Origin: Ancylonema sp.
Taxonomy: Eukaryota
Assembly: GCA_050230475.1 (NCBI GenBank)
Contig: JBFLGF010000012.1
Span: 1 to 64,000 of the forward strand
Reading direction: 5' to 3'
DNA: 64,000 nucleotides
Under the pieces are notes generated by a model. The model was not told the DNA's origin. It saw nothing but the letters and a program-made list of their open reading frames with translations, and made no database searches. Below, piece after piece: positions 25,942 through 43,657 of the stretch. A program made the position numbers and the translations under genes. Within the stretch, counting starts at the first letter, position 1. Each line of letters starts with the position of its first letter.

Positions 25942-26689
25942 TATGTAGGACGTACAGACCGACATGGCCGGCAAGATCCTAAAAGCGGTTAGGTGCAAAT
26001 GACTAAGCTTGTCGGCACGCTACCCAACAAGCACCTATCTGAGAATGTCAACAATCAGGTATGGCACCGACTATCGATGCGTGAACGTGCTCGTGCAGCC
26101 GGTCGTGTCAGACCGACAAATAAAGGCTAGTAGACTATTGTTATGCGTCCCCGACTCGTGCGAGGGACTTTTGATGCCTTCGGGTGTGTTTATTCGCTTC
26201 CTACAAGGCACCTTTAAAACATGCAAGGCGATTCTCGCACGTGCGACCTAATCTGGCTTAACAAGTGTATCTATTGTGCAAATTACATGTGTCAAACAAC
26301 ATATGATTGTGGTGGCCGATATGATGGTTTGGCGCAGGCACAGGTGTATGTGCTTATACAATAGTTTGACACATGCGTGGGTGTAAGTATTTATCAAGAT
26401 ATTTCGTTTCGCGGTAGATTTTTTTTTTTGCCGTAGCAGGGAAGAGTCACGATGGCTCCGCCAAACTCGGCGCCATGTCCGGAAGACACTCCCAGAAGCA
26501 TTGGTCGGTGCCTGCGGCACCACTTGCGCATCATTGACAGTTGTAAGAGGACAGTTGCTTGACAATGAGGCCAGTGGTTGTAGTGGAAGCTTATAGTATG
26601 TTTTAGATGACGACAAATCTCGGCGCTTACGTTCGTGTCGTCATACGTATACTTGGCGGTGAGCGGCGGAGGTCGGCCACTTAGTTGTA

Positions 26690-28166
26690 CGGCAAGATGT
26701 GCCATGTGGCAGCCATAGATTGTATCCAGTGGTAGAGTCGATCCGCATGACGTCGCTACTAGAATACTCGGTTAAGAAAGAAGATGCTAGCATGTCGATC
26801 GGCTTGTGGGCGCCGCAAAATATCTTAGATTCTTTGGGAGCTAGGAACTACACAATCTATAATATTTGCACTGAAAACAACTGCAACTATTCGGTTGGAG
26901 TGCACCTCGGGGACACGCTGGAATTTTGCATTGGCAATATCGTGTAATAATCGTTGATTTCAATGTGTTCGGCTGGTATGCGCATGTATATTCTGTATTC
27001 AATTGGAATGTGCATTTGAATGTCTGATCTGCATTCAGAATCGATCTAGAAACACAGCCTTTGCAACAATCTCAACGCTTCGGACACATTACGTCCAGGC
27101 CATAGCACCGCCTTGATTGTGGGTAGACTAGTGATTTAGATTTGGCATGCCTTAAGTTCTAGTGGACTGTTGGCGGTGGCCATTAGTTGTATCACATGTA
27201 TGGGGCGTGGATCTGAACTAGATCATGTTGCACGTGTGAGCAGACACAAGAGTGGTGAAGTTGTGCTTCGCATGTGCGTGGTGCACTTCACAATGTTGTT
27301 CGTTAGAACGATAGGGTGACACGTGTGAGGACGTCTCGATGTTAGATGACACGACACACGTGTTCCTAGATGTGCAACCATTTGCAAAGCATTGTAGTTA
27401 TTTGAGCTTAAAAGACTTTGTCTAAGGTGTCTAGTAAATTGATACCTTTAAAAGCATCAAAACTAGACTATCGCACATCAATAAGTACACCTCGTGTGTA
27501 ACATTGTCGGGACCTTTAAGAAGATTTACATGCCAACGAGTACTCCGAATCGTATATAATATTTAAGTCTAGTAGATGTTTAGATACCGGTTTGGTGACA
27601 CGTGAGAGTGATTTACCCCATCGATAACTATAATGTGTAGCATGGTGACCCAATTTCATCATACCGGAGACAAGAGACGGGTCCAATTGAATTACACAAG
27701 GATTTCATTCCGGATTTAGTACACCAATCTACTAGTCTACCTATTCGTATTTTATATTCGTGCATCTAGTTCCAGTCTTATTCTAAAAAAAATTAGTCCA
27801 AATTGATACGTGTCCTATGCACCCAGTCTCGCTAGTGTCAATTGCGAAAAAAAGTGGGTAATAATTACAATCCAAACGCACAACAAAAAAAAACATGTAT
27901 ATTATTTCGTTTGTAAATGTAGGTTTTTCGCTCGGGATTTTCTCTTGTATTATCACACGTGTCCAGTCTGATTCCAATCTACTTGATCAAATATCGCCCG
28001 GGTCTAGTCTTATTTGCACGTTATTATCCCGGCTAACCGGAATAACTTTCTAGGCCGGACTGAAAATCCCATCTCCCTATCTAGATTGGCCAATTCAAAC
28101 ATGGTTTTGGGCTCATTCTGGGCACTGGTTTGAGATCGGAGACTAGGCGCCATGCACATACCGAGC
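26690..28166. mobile_element. Second member of the long-arm repeat family (left-arm-type segment ~26690-27120, right arm ~27190-28166)
   Basis: 27190-28166 aligns collinearly with 6065-7042; 26700-27120 carries GTGGCAGCCAT, CACCTCGGG.AC.CGCT and CAACGCTTCG.ACAC.TTACG, found in the reverse complement of 5420-5830 and/or at 52900-53300. Left boundary uncertain. Confidence 0.75.
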
Positions 28167-28222
28167 CACATATGTCTTGCATATATATGAGTTCCACCAT
28201 TGGTGTACGCCTATTTACTACA

Positions 28223-28487
28223 ATATTTTCTTCGTCAACCCCTCATATGAATAAACCGGAAAACAAATTTTCATCATATTAAGTCAGGGGTACTTTTGTT
28301 TCTATTGTGGTTTGCCGTTTACCATCCCTACAAGGAAGTACGCCTTATTCCTACTAATTCCTACTACTACTACTCATACTAATTCCTACTAATATTTGCT
28401 TCGTGAACCCCTCACATGGATAAAGTGGAAAACAAATTTTCACCATCCTTAGTAAAAAGAAGTCATGTCCCTATTGTGGTTTGCCCG
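28223..28487. repeat. Diverged ~95-bp direct repeat separated by CTACTA-type low complexity
   Basis: CTTCGT.AACCCCTCA.ATG.ATAAA..GGAAAACAAATTTTCA...CTATTGTGGTTTGCC at ~28230 and ~28399. Confidence 0.8.
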
Positions 28488-29042
28488 GGTTTTTATTATT
28501 ATTATTATTATTTCAAAGAGGTTATATTTTGTACCACATGGATAACTCTTGTGAAACTATTCACCATTTGTGTTTCTCACTCATGAAATCCGACAAGTTT
28601 TTTTTTAATTTTGCAGTGCAATGCATGATTTTTCCGGGTTTTTTTTACGACATTATTGTGCCGTCATGAATGCTAGGATGGAAGTGTTCACGAAAGAAGA
28701 GGAATCGGAATGTGTCACTGTATCAACTTCATTACTTCTAATCTTGATAGCTTTCTAAAAATGTATTGCCTTCTCTCTCGTATTCCGTGCGCCATACAAA
28801 CACACCGATCAACATGATGTCTGTAACTCATCCAAGAAACTGCAACGTCACTGCTAAATAAATGTCCGCATTGGAGTTGTGCTGCTTTGCGTATATGTTG
28901 GAAAATTAGCGCGCCCGCCGCTCCCCCGACCAAGTACGCAGAGATTTGGCCGATGAGAACATGTGTCAAAGCTAGTCAAAGCAAACTTGGGTACCGTTGA
29001 CTAGTCTAAAATGAGTCATTGTGGCGTGCCACGCTGGCGAAC

Positions 29043-29073
29043 GGAAACATCTGGAAGAGCTCTGGAAGGTTTG
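29043..29073 (+). promoter_or_regulatory. Imperfect heat-shock-element-like array upstream of HSP60
   Basis: GAAacATCtgGAA followed by CTCtgGAAggTTT, ~270-290 bp before the ATG; each triplet has mismatches to nGAAnnTTCn. Confidence 0.4.
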
Positions 29074-29335
29074 TTACCTGAACCCTATGCCCGTCATCGA
29101 TTTCTGTCATAGTGGCAAAGGTCAACCCTGTCAGTAAGAGACTTGTCAGTGACGCGAGCCTCAACTAGGCATCCTCCATACGAAAACGTCTGTCACGCCA
29201 ATTTTTTGTGCACGTACCCAAACAATAAACACGGTCTTCAAGCAGGTAGTGGCTACGTACTTTTGAACGTGATAGCTTGCGAGCTCCAGTCATTGTGTAG
29301 GCTGAGGTCGAGTGGCAAGCCAGACGCTTTCGACA

Positions 29336-34835
<5,500 letters not shown>

Positions 34836-36041
34836 ACACCTCCTGATTGTGACAATCGCGATTTGTATGGCTAACAAGAGAAGACCCAACTTATATCCAA
34901 GGATGTGGAAAGGAGTAGACATGAGTAGAGAAGCATTCGGTCGAGCCAATGGGGACATTGGGCAAAATGAAAATGTGTGTGTTGAGAGGGCAAAGGCGCC
35001 CAAACAGGAGCGTAAATTTGACTTAGGTTGCACGCATAGGTATGCATTGGAAGGGAGGGAAAACTATTATGAACACTCTTGTGACCTCCCTGATGTTCAC
35101 AATTTCATGCCAGAGTCGAATCGTTGAGGTATCGAATTGTAGAGGCTATAGGCTATAGGCTTTTAACACAGATTGAGAACCGCAATATTTAGTTTCTCAA
35201 ATATGTTGATTGTGATGTGGGCCCTGGCTACACAATCTATTGTTATACTCAATTTTGATATCAATTCATCAGCATTGTATGGATCTTGTATGCAACGACG
35301 CGTATTTGTGTCGAGGCATCCCCTATGTCGCCCCATCGCCTCGGTGTTGCCCCCGCATAGGAAAGGGTCTTTGCGTTGTGGAGCAAATGGAGGATGTTAG
35401 TCAATGAGAGGGCAGGAATTGAATGTTGGCTAGATGTTCTTGCGATTTGTATGCTTAGATTGTATCTGGTGCTCCAGGTAATTCATTTGACTTGTGAACT
35501 TTGAGGTGTGGTATGTGACACCCACATACACGAAGACAACTTCAGTTTTGATTTTTCGTGCATAAATTTCTTCAGGTTTTTGTGCATGTTTTCTAGACCG
35601 GCATCATGAATGGCCACTCGTTTCCGTATTAAACACGTCCTTTCTCTCGCCACGGGCCGAATCGAACACCCAATGTGGCTCCATAGTCTACGACATCCTA
35701 CGTCAAACACAAGTATATAAATCGCGCGACCTCGCAATATTTTATTTGCAACCTCGAAAATTGGCCCACCTACAGAACAAAAAATAACGATTTAGATCGT
35801 TGCCATTAGTAAGGTATGATAATTGACGATGCATGCGCTCATTTTATGCTCTACATCCATTTTGAGGCATTGCTCTACAAGAAAGAAATATCTTAGTCGC
35901 TTATTTCATTGTTTCCCTCTCCCCCCTTACCCAACGTCATGAGTGGTTTCTTACGAATACGATAGGCAAAATTTTACCCATCTTGCTGTGCCAAGGATGT
36001 GCAAAAGTTTTGGTGGGGGGCATGTGGGTGCGGGGTGGCAG

Positions 36042-36162
36042 TGTTGCGTCCTTGATGACCACCACGGAGGCCGTCATTGTGGACCTCCCAGAGGACAAGG
36101 CAGGAGCAATGCCAGGGGGGGGCATGGGGGGGATGGGAGGAATGGGCGGCATGGACTACTAG
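36042..36162 (+). other. HSP60: Orphan duplicate of the HSP60 terminal exon (intact acceptor and stop)
   Basis: GTGGCAG acceptor then (S)[39 protein letters not shown], same length (121 nt) and peptide as 34715-34835. Confidence 0.9.
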
Positions 36163-37526
36163 ACACGGCCTGATTGTGACAAGCGCGATTTGAATGGTGG
36201 TGTGGCGCATTGGGCCGAACAACAGAAGACCCAACTTGTATGCGAGGACGCGGAAAGGCGTAGAAATGAGTAGAGAAGCCTTCGTCGAGCCAATGGGGAC
36301 ATTGGGCAAAATGAAAATGCACGTGTTGAGATAAGGCAAATGCGCCCAAACAAGAGTGTAAATTTGATTTAGGTTGCACGTATAGGTATGCATTGGAAGA
36401 GAGGAAAAATCAATGACCACTCTTGTGACCTCCCCGATGTTCAGTACTTCATGCCAAAGTCGAATCGTTGAGGTGTCGAATTGTAGAGGCTATAGGCTAT
36501 AGGCTATAGGCTTTTAGCACAGATTGAGAACCTCAATCTTTAGTCTCTCAAATATGTTGATTGCAGTGTGGACCTTAGCTACACAATCTATTGTTGTACT
36601 CAATTTTGATATCAATTCATGAGCATTGCATGGATCGTGTGTGCGAAGATGCGTATTTATGTCGAGGCATCCCCTACTTTGCCCCATTGCCTCGGGGTTG
36701 CCCCTGCATAGGAAAGGGTCTTCGCATTGTGGAGCAAATGAAGGATGTTAGTCAATAGGAGGGCATGAATGGAATGTTGGCCAAGTGTTCATGCGATTTG
36801 TATGCTTGTTGTGTGATTGTTTTTAGTGTTCCATGTAATTCATTTGACTCGTGGACTTTGAGGTGTGGTATGTGATAACCACACACACAAATACAATTTC
36901 AGTTTTGATTTCTCGTGCATAGGTTTCTTTAGGTTTTTATGTGTGTTTCCTAGACGAGCATCATGGATGGCCACTCGTTTCTGTGTTAGACACGTCTCTA
37001 GCAAGGGGCTGAATCGAACACCTAACGCGGTTCCACAGTCTCCAACATGCTAAATCAGACAAAAGTATGTAAGTCGCAGGTCCACTCAATAGTTTATTGG
37101 CAACCTCGAAAATTAGCCCACCCACAGTACAAAAAATAACGATTTAGATCGTCGCCGTTAGGAAGGTATGATAAATGACGATGTCATCACTCATTTCATG
37201 CATTCATACGTGTTGAGGCATTGCTCTACAAAATTTTGTTCATCCGGGTGTGCCAAGGATGTGCAATTTTTTTGGCGGGGGCAAGTTGTTTCCCGAATTT
37301 ATGTTTTGTAAGGCATGCCTTGTGACTCTAACATTGGCGCTTGCAACATATTTTGGACAACGTTGGGGGAGTGTGGCTATGATGTGGATGGGATGTCTAA
37401 CCCCGGCCAATAATCTGCTGAATGTCAGAAGTACTAACAAGCAAGATGACGAGCATGAATACGTATTTTATTTATTTATTTATTTATTTAATGTTTGTAA
37501 CTGATGATGACCACCCAAATCGCAAT

Positions 37527-37571
37527 TCGCGCAGCTCGCGTAGCTCGCGTAGCTCGCGTAGCTCGCGCAGC
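37527..37571. repeat. 9-bp tandem repeat (AGCTCGCGT)n
   Basis: About 4.5 consecutive units. Confidence 0.9.
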
Positions 37572-38061
37572 CTTACTGGAACGCTGCATTTCAGCGAATA
37601 TTTGCACGCCGTTGACCTCTACTGACCCGGACCATCGCGCCATTCCAAGAAACCGGGATCTTGACATCACGAAACTCGAGACGATTGTGCTACTGCAATG
37701 TGTATGTGTATAAAGATGATGGCAAACTCACGCGCGCGTGCCACCTGGCTATTTTATTATTTACCTGACCGGAAATATATTTTTGTTTGTCGTGTACGGT
37801 TTGGGCAGCGTAAGGGAGGGCACAGATTGGCGAGGCACTTCTCGTGTGAAGCTCCGGGCAGTAAGACTACAAGCATACACACATCAGCAAAAAAGTCGTC
37901 CTGCGTGTGCATTCTGCTCCCTCGCTCACGACTAGCGCTGCGCATGAACATTTACTGCCCTATTTCACGTGACCCATCATTTGACTTCACCCCTATTTTA
38001 TGATTGAACTTTGTTAGCAAGGGCAGGCTTTTGCAAGTCTCGTCGTCGTCGGTTTCTCGAC

Positions 38062-39428
38062 ATGGACAGAAAAAATATAGCAATGCCAATGCTGGTGCCC
38101 TCTAACATTTTATTATGTAGCGCGATGATTCTTGCTGCAGTCTTCACTCCTACGTATGCTTTGGACTTGCACCTCGTTACAGACCCCCTCGCAGCGGTTG
38201 CCAGCATGTTTGCACCCGAGGAACCCGCTTACACACCCTCTGTGACCCAAACTGCTCCCGATATCTCCACTTCTCCGCTTTCACCTCCCGTTCGACTCTT
38301 GATGGGCCCTGGTCCCTCCACTCCTCACCCACGTGTTCTGGCTGCTGCTTCTTTGCCTGTCGTAGGGCACATGCACCCGGATTTTCTTCAGGTGATAGAC
38401 GACGTCAAGGCTTGGCTCAGGTACTCCTTTCAGACCGTGAACTCGTTCACATTAGCCGTCAGCGGTACCGGGCATGCCGCTATGGAAGCAGCTGTAGCGT
38501 CCATCGTAGAGCGAGGTGACATAGTGCTGGTTGGTGTGAACGGGATTTGGGGAGAGCGAATGAAAATTTTAGCTGCCCGGTTTGGGGCAGACGTAAGGAA
38601 TATAACCATACCTGCGGGTACCACATTCACACTCGTGGAGATCGACGCTGCCTTGATGGCCAACCCCGGCACTAAGACTGTGTGTCTGGTTCATGGAGAG
38701 TCCAGCACTGGAACTCTGCAGTCTTTGAATGGTGTAGGGGAAGTGTGTCAAAAAAACGGCGCTCTACTTTTCGTGGACGCTGTGTGCACGCTGGGCGGCG
38801 TTCCCCTCAATGTGGACGACCAAAAAATTGATGTCGTTTAGTTTACAGCGCTTCCCAGAAGTGCCTCGGCGCCCCCGTCGCCCCCTCCCCTTTGTCCCTG
38901 AGCCCCCGTGCACGAGAAAAGTTGGGGAACAGGTCCGACAGCGTGCAGTCGTATTACTTTGACATGAACCTGGTCGGCGAGTACTGGGGGGTGGACGACG
39001 GGGTGGGTCGGAAGTATCATCACACAGGAATGGTGTCGAACGTGTATGCATTGAGGGAGGCCCTGGCGCTGCTCGCTGAGGAGGGACTGGAATCGTCGTG
39101 GAGGCGACACCTGGCAGCAGCTCAGAAACTGTGGAGAGGGTTGGAGGCTCTTGGGCTTGAGCTTTTTGTGCCAGATCCCAAGGACCGGCTGCCAACAGTG
39201 ACCACTGTGAAGGTGCCACAGGACGTCGAGTGGTCGGCAGTGACGAAGTATATGATGGTGCATTACCAGGTGGAGATTGCGGGAGGTCTAGGCCCAACAG
39301 CCGGTAAAGTTTGGCGCATTGGGGTGATGGGATTTAATGCGAAGCTGGCAAATGTGGCGTTGCTGCTGGAGGCTCTCAAAGAGGCTCTTGATCATGTGGG
39401 ATTTAGAGGAGGGTCCATAAAATTGTAG
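38062..39428 (+). pseudogene. AGXT: Alanine:glyoxylate / serine:pyruvate aminotransferase (class V PLP enzyme), intronless, disrupted by a 5-bp duplication
   Basis: LLMGPGPS, SGTGHAAMEA, NGIWGER, HGESSTG, VDAVCTLGG; GTTTA-GTTTA at 38836-38845 creates TAG; removing one copy restores DVVYSASQKCLGAP (PLP lysine) and the frame through RLPTVTTV, GGLGPTAGKVWRIG to SIKL*. Confidence 0.9.
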
Positions 39429-40279
39429 TTTTCTCAGGGGTCGTCATATGTTACGGAAGTGGGTACTTTGTGTACGAGAGCAATGTACGGAGGGTATGAT
39501 GGTGTCAAGTTTTTGACTGCTCGAGACAGGGTGTAATTGGTGCGGGATGATGTTGTTGTTGTTGTAACAGTAGAGGTGCCACGCTATTTGATTTACCAAT
39601 TTTGCCCCTGGGTATCAGGTTGTGACTCACATTGTTTTTCAGAAGTGCTACAATATTGCCGTAATACAATATTACATGTATTACTCTTTTGGTTTTTAAT
39701 GGCAATAAATTGTTGTTACTTACAAGACTGTACACAAAGAATGCGTGATCTCACCGAGTTCTCATCATTAGAGAAGGTACCTTCATTCAAGAAGTGTTTT
39801 GTGATGTAAAGTGCTGTATATGCACAATGCGCGAAATGCTGCACAACTTTTTCTGGTTGGCTGGCAGAAGCTGTTTTCGATGAGTCACTGTGAAATGTGT
39901 GTATCCCCTTACTCCTGTCTGAAAGTGGTATGTCACAAGACTAGCGGAAATACTCATGTGACTAGGAGTCCCTTTTCAACCGCAGGGTGGGCATTTACCA
40001 CTCTAGATATTTTGTTGGTTCTATGCAATCACCAGGCCTTGAGTTTCCGAGGTAGCTTCTGATGCAATTAATGCCGTGCTCCTGAATGATTGTTCCCTGT
40101 ATTTGAATAGACGATATTGACTCTGAACCACTCACTTTATAACATATCGCTTGATAATTGAAATTCGATTTTCTTGATGCCTCCAAGACAAACCACAGTG
40201 ATAATTTGCTATCAGAGGCACGATATGTTTGACAAAATATCCATATTCCTGAAATTGTTCCATCCCCCAGTAACAAGCC

Positions 40280-40690
40280 CCCCTGGCCATTGTTAGCTCA
40301 GCAGTGGCTGGCAACCACTTGGACAGACCAAAGTCAAACCCAACCACCACGTGCCACCTCAGCACGCAACCTGAGGAGCGCAGGGTGGGAGAGATTGCAA
40401 ATCCGGGTACCTCAGCCGTCCAATCCAACCTTTCACCACTTCACCTCAAGTCGCTTGGTCCACTCCATGGGCACCACCTGGTGCAAGTGCAGGTTCCTTT
40501 CCAGACTACGGTGCGGCATGAGGTCGTACACCATCAGCCTCTCCTTGTCATATATACAGCGCCCAAGCAACATGGTGCCATTGGGATGCGAAACTGCATC
40601 CCCCCGTTCCGCTTCAACACTAACCGCTTCACGGCCAATCGCGCCGCAAACCCATTGGTGGCATACGACAGCTCCTCTGAATGACAGAAT
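40280..40690 (-). pseudogene. Eroded RLK/Pelle-type protein kinase domain
   Basis: Ordered fragments EELSYATNGF, LAVKRL, HPNGTMLLGRCIYDKERLMVYDLMPHRSLE, MEWTKRLE, EVARG, DFGLSK; the Gly-loop and HRD loop are absent and frames shift. Confidence 0.8.
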
Positions 40691-41104
40691 TGCGGACCCC
40701 CACTGAGATCGGCTCCTGCTTCACCCTACCACTTCTTGGACTGGCAGAGCCGTATTCGTACCTGGTATGGGTACCCATCCTCTGAACTCGAACCCTCCTC
40801 TCTACTCTGAATCTCCTCAGATTCCACCTTCGCTCCATCCGCTCCATCGCCTTGACCTGAACCTCAGGCCTCCCTAGTGCATCCCCACCGCCTCCTGCAT
40901 CCCCCTCATATGCAGCCGTATCCAGTCCGAGAATTTTGGTTCCAGAGAGGTCTGACCCCCATCATACTGTCGTCTCCCCCCCCTCACCTCCCCCCTCCAG
41001 GCACTGACTCCCCCCCCTGCCACCCGCTTCCTCTCTCCCTCCTCGATTACCACACTAGGTGCTCCTCTCCCCCCTTCATTTTTTCGTACGTAATCACTGC
41101 CCCT

Positions 41105-42763
41105 TCACTCGCTGTCAGTGGTTGTTGAATGGGAAAGATAATCCCGGGACGACCATGGGAGGATTGACTGCGGGGTGGAGTGGGCGGGGAGATGATCAAC
41201 CACTGACTCTTCCCTCCTCCTTCTTCCTCCTCCCCCTCCCCCTCCTTCCTCCCCCTCCTCCTCTTCCTCCTCCCTCTCCTCTTCCTCCTCCTCCTCCTCC
41301 TCCTCCTCCTGCGCCTCTGCCTCTGCCTCGTCTGGGTACAAGTCCTCTGCCTCTGCCGGATGTGGGTGCAGCACTGCTCTGGGCGCACTCTCGCCCCTCA
41401 GGGTGGCGCGCTCCTCCGTGGGGCGCAGGATGCGAAAGGAAGCAGAGGAGGAGGAAAAGGAGGTGGAGGGGCGCAAGCTGGGGGGGTGCTTGGGGTGGGC
41501 AGGTGGGGATGCAGGACTGTAGATGGCGTCTGTACCGCGCAGAATTGGAAACAATGGTATGGGATCCCCATCACCAGCAGGGCGAGGGGGACATGGCAGA
41601 GCTGCTCGCGGTGAGTGTGCCACTGGGATGACCTCCTTTTCCAGCAGAGGGGAAGATATGGATAGTGGGGTGCTGTGGGAGCGGGCGGCCAAGTCCGTGA
41701 GCGCCGCCTGCTTTTCTAGAAGCACGTGCACCGTGCAGCCAGGAGGCGGGTGCCGCAGGCACTGACGAGCGGGGCCCTGGACCTGCCTACAGAGACAGGC
41801 GAGTGCTGATGGGAAAAGCGGAATGTGAGGTGTGATTTGGCGAGAGAACAAATGCTGCACTGGAGACAGTGACTAAGAGTACCGTTTTTTGGCAATGCTG
41901 AAGATTCCCTCGTGCCATAGTCTGGAAGTTTGTTTAGCTTATTAGTCGTGCATCCCGTGCAGCCGGTCTCGGATATGAAGTCCAACCTGGTGATTGCATT
42001 CCGGCCTGAGCTGCTGAGCACCAATGTAGAGGCCCTCAAGCATGTTGCTACGGCCAAAAGAGCTTTCCCGATGTTGGAGCGTTCGACGATGCGTATCTGA
42101 ACGTCAATCTAAAGCCCCAAGTCCCAAACTTCGGAGTAAGTATCAGCAAGAGCCACCATAAAGGCTGCCCCGATCAGGGAAGTCTAGCAGGCCGATGACC
42201 AGATTTGAAACAGATTAGAGATCGTATCTTGCCGAGAGGCAGACGTCTCTTTGGTCGACACAATGTTAGACTGTACCTTTCTTCCCAAAACTATTCCGTA
42301 CTGACCTGGCTGTCGCGGCACTTGCGACGGTGCGGCATAAGCAAGTGCGCAATGCTCTGCGAAGCTTGCTGCTTGAAAACATCCTTCCAAGCATCTTCTA
42401 ACGAGGTAGATTTCCACTCCTCCCCCGCTGCATGACACAAAATAAGATGAACATGTGCTTGGAATATTAAGGTCCGTGTTATTCTCTCTGACGTCTAAAA
42501 AACAAAGATGGGCTAAAGAGGTTCTCACAAGGAAGAGGGGGCATTGAGGGGATGCTTTCCAGCACATGTAGCATGACTAGGCGATCCCCGCCAGTGAGAA
42601 TACTGGAGAATGCATAGTCGACAATGGACTGCCCACGGACACTCGGACGAACAGCAACCACGACACAGGAATCAGCATTCGAACGAGAAAAAATTGCAGG
42701 GGACACAGTCGGATATCCACGGGACGGCATGGTGGTGCTTTGTGGAGTGCGGTGAACAGTCAT
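41105..42763 (-). CDS. USP-like (adenine nucleotide alpha hydrolase-like) domain protein of the kind found N-terminal to plant kinases, with an acidic tail
   Basis: Four spliceable exons: CVVVAVR..SIVDYAF..GDRLVMLHV; LLMPHRRKCRDSQ; IDVQIRIVERSNIGKALL..LVLSSSGRNAITR; CLRHPPPGCTVHVL followed by poly-Glu. The 3' end may splice on toward the kinase remnant. Confidence 0.75.
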
Positions 42764-43252
42764 TCAACCAATCTAGGATTTGCAAAGCGAGAGGAATCAA
42801 GGCAGCAGGTTGTGCTTGATGAATGCACTAAAGTCACAGCTTTTTCTGCTCGGTGGTGGAACAATCTCATGGTCACAGACAACCAGGAGGACACGGGCCA
42901 CTTTCGTCTGGTAACTGCACAAAAATTGTTTCACTAAGGAGGTTACGAAGTGCTAGGTCGGTATCATGCAAGATGCACGATGCAACCGTCTTGCGGCACA
43001 ATCGCGCTAAGATTTGAAGCATCGACGCCACGGGACCCACTGCAGAACGTGGAAGGTCCCCCCTGCATAGCAGGAGGTGGCCAGGCGAACGACCTGTGTT
43101 TGTCGGCGATCATCCAAGGAATCAGATTTGGTCGGTTGCAAACATATCCGTGTGTACGGAAACATCACCGGAACATGACACACAGCCAACCAATAATATC
43201 ACTAACAAAATACTTAAATACGTGGTTTGGACCAGCTCCAGCACCACGGAGA

Positions 43253-43656
43253 CCCCTCAGGTGGCAATCCGGATCCTGAGTCCGCTCAAACGACCTTCTC
43301 ACCTACTTCGGTCGTGCCCCCCCATAGTCGGAGTCGGGGGGCACGACCGACCTCCGGCATTTCTCGAGTGTTTGGGGGACTATGATAGTGTCTTGTGGCA
43401 TACGCTACTAGAGGATCTCTTGGGGGGTGTGCCCGTCTTGTCCGAGGAGGAGCTTCGTCACCCCAGCGTCCCAAGCTCGCCTTCCCGATTGCTCACGGGG
43501 GGGCTGGGTTTTGCTTACCACAACGGTTCTAGCCCCCACTGCATTTTTGGGGTCATTTGCGCTCGCCGCGCTTGCATTTGAGTCAGCTTTTTCCGCAGCA
43601 CGGCGAGTCTCTTGGTCCCTTTCTACGCGATGTTGAGTTAGGGGTGTCGTGTTATA
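43253..43656. other. Unidentified insert (probable mobile-element end) running into the N gap at 43657
   Basis: Absent at the homologous position of the second copy (45009/45010); contains a perfect 15-bp stem at 43308-43350. Confidence 0.55.
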
Positions 43657-43657
43657 N

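Noticed and set aside
38836..38845. Programmed frameshift or micro-intron in AGT
   Set aside because: No slippery heptamer and far too short for a spliceosomal intron; a simple duplication explains it.
41059..41631. Pro-rich 190-aa plus-strand ORF and Arg-rich 113-aa ORF
   Set aside because: Shadow frames of the GAG-rich poly-Glu tract of the USP gene.
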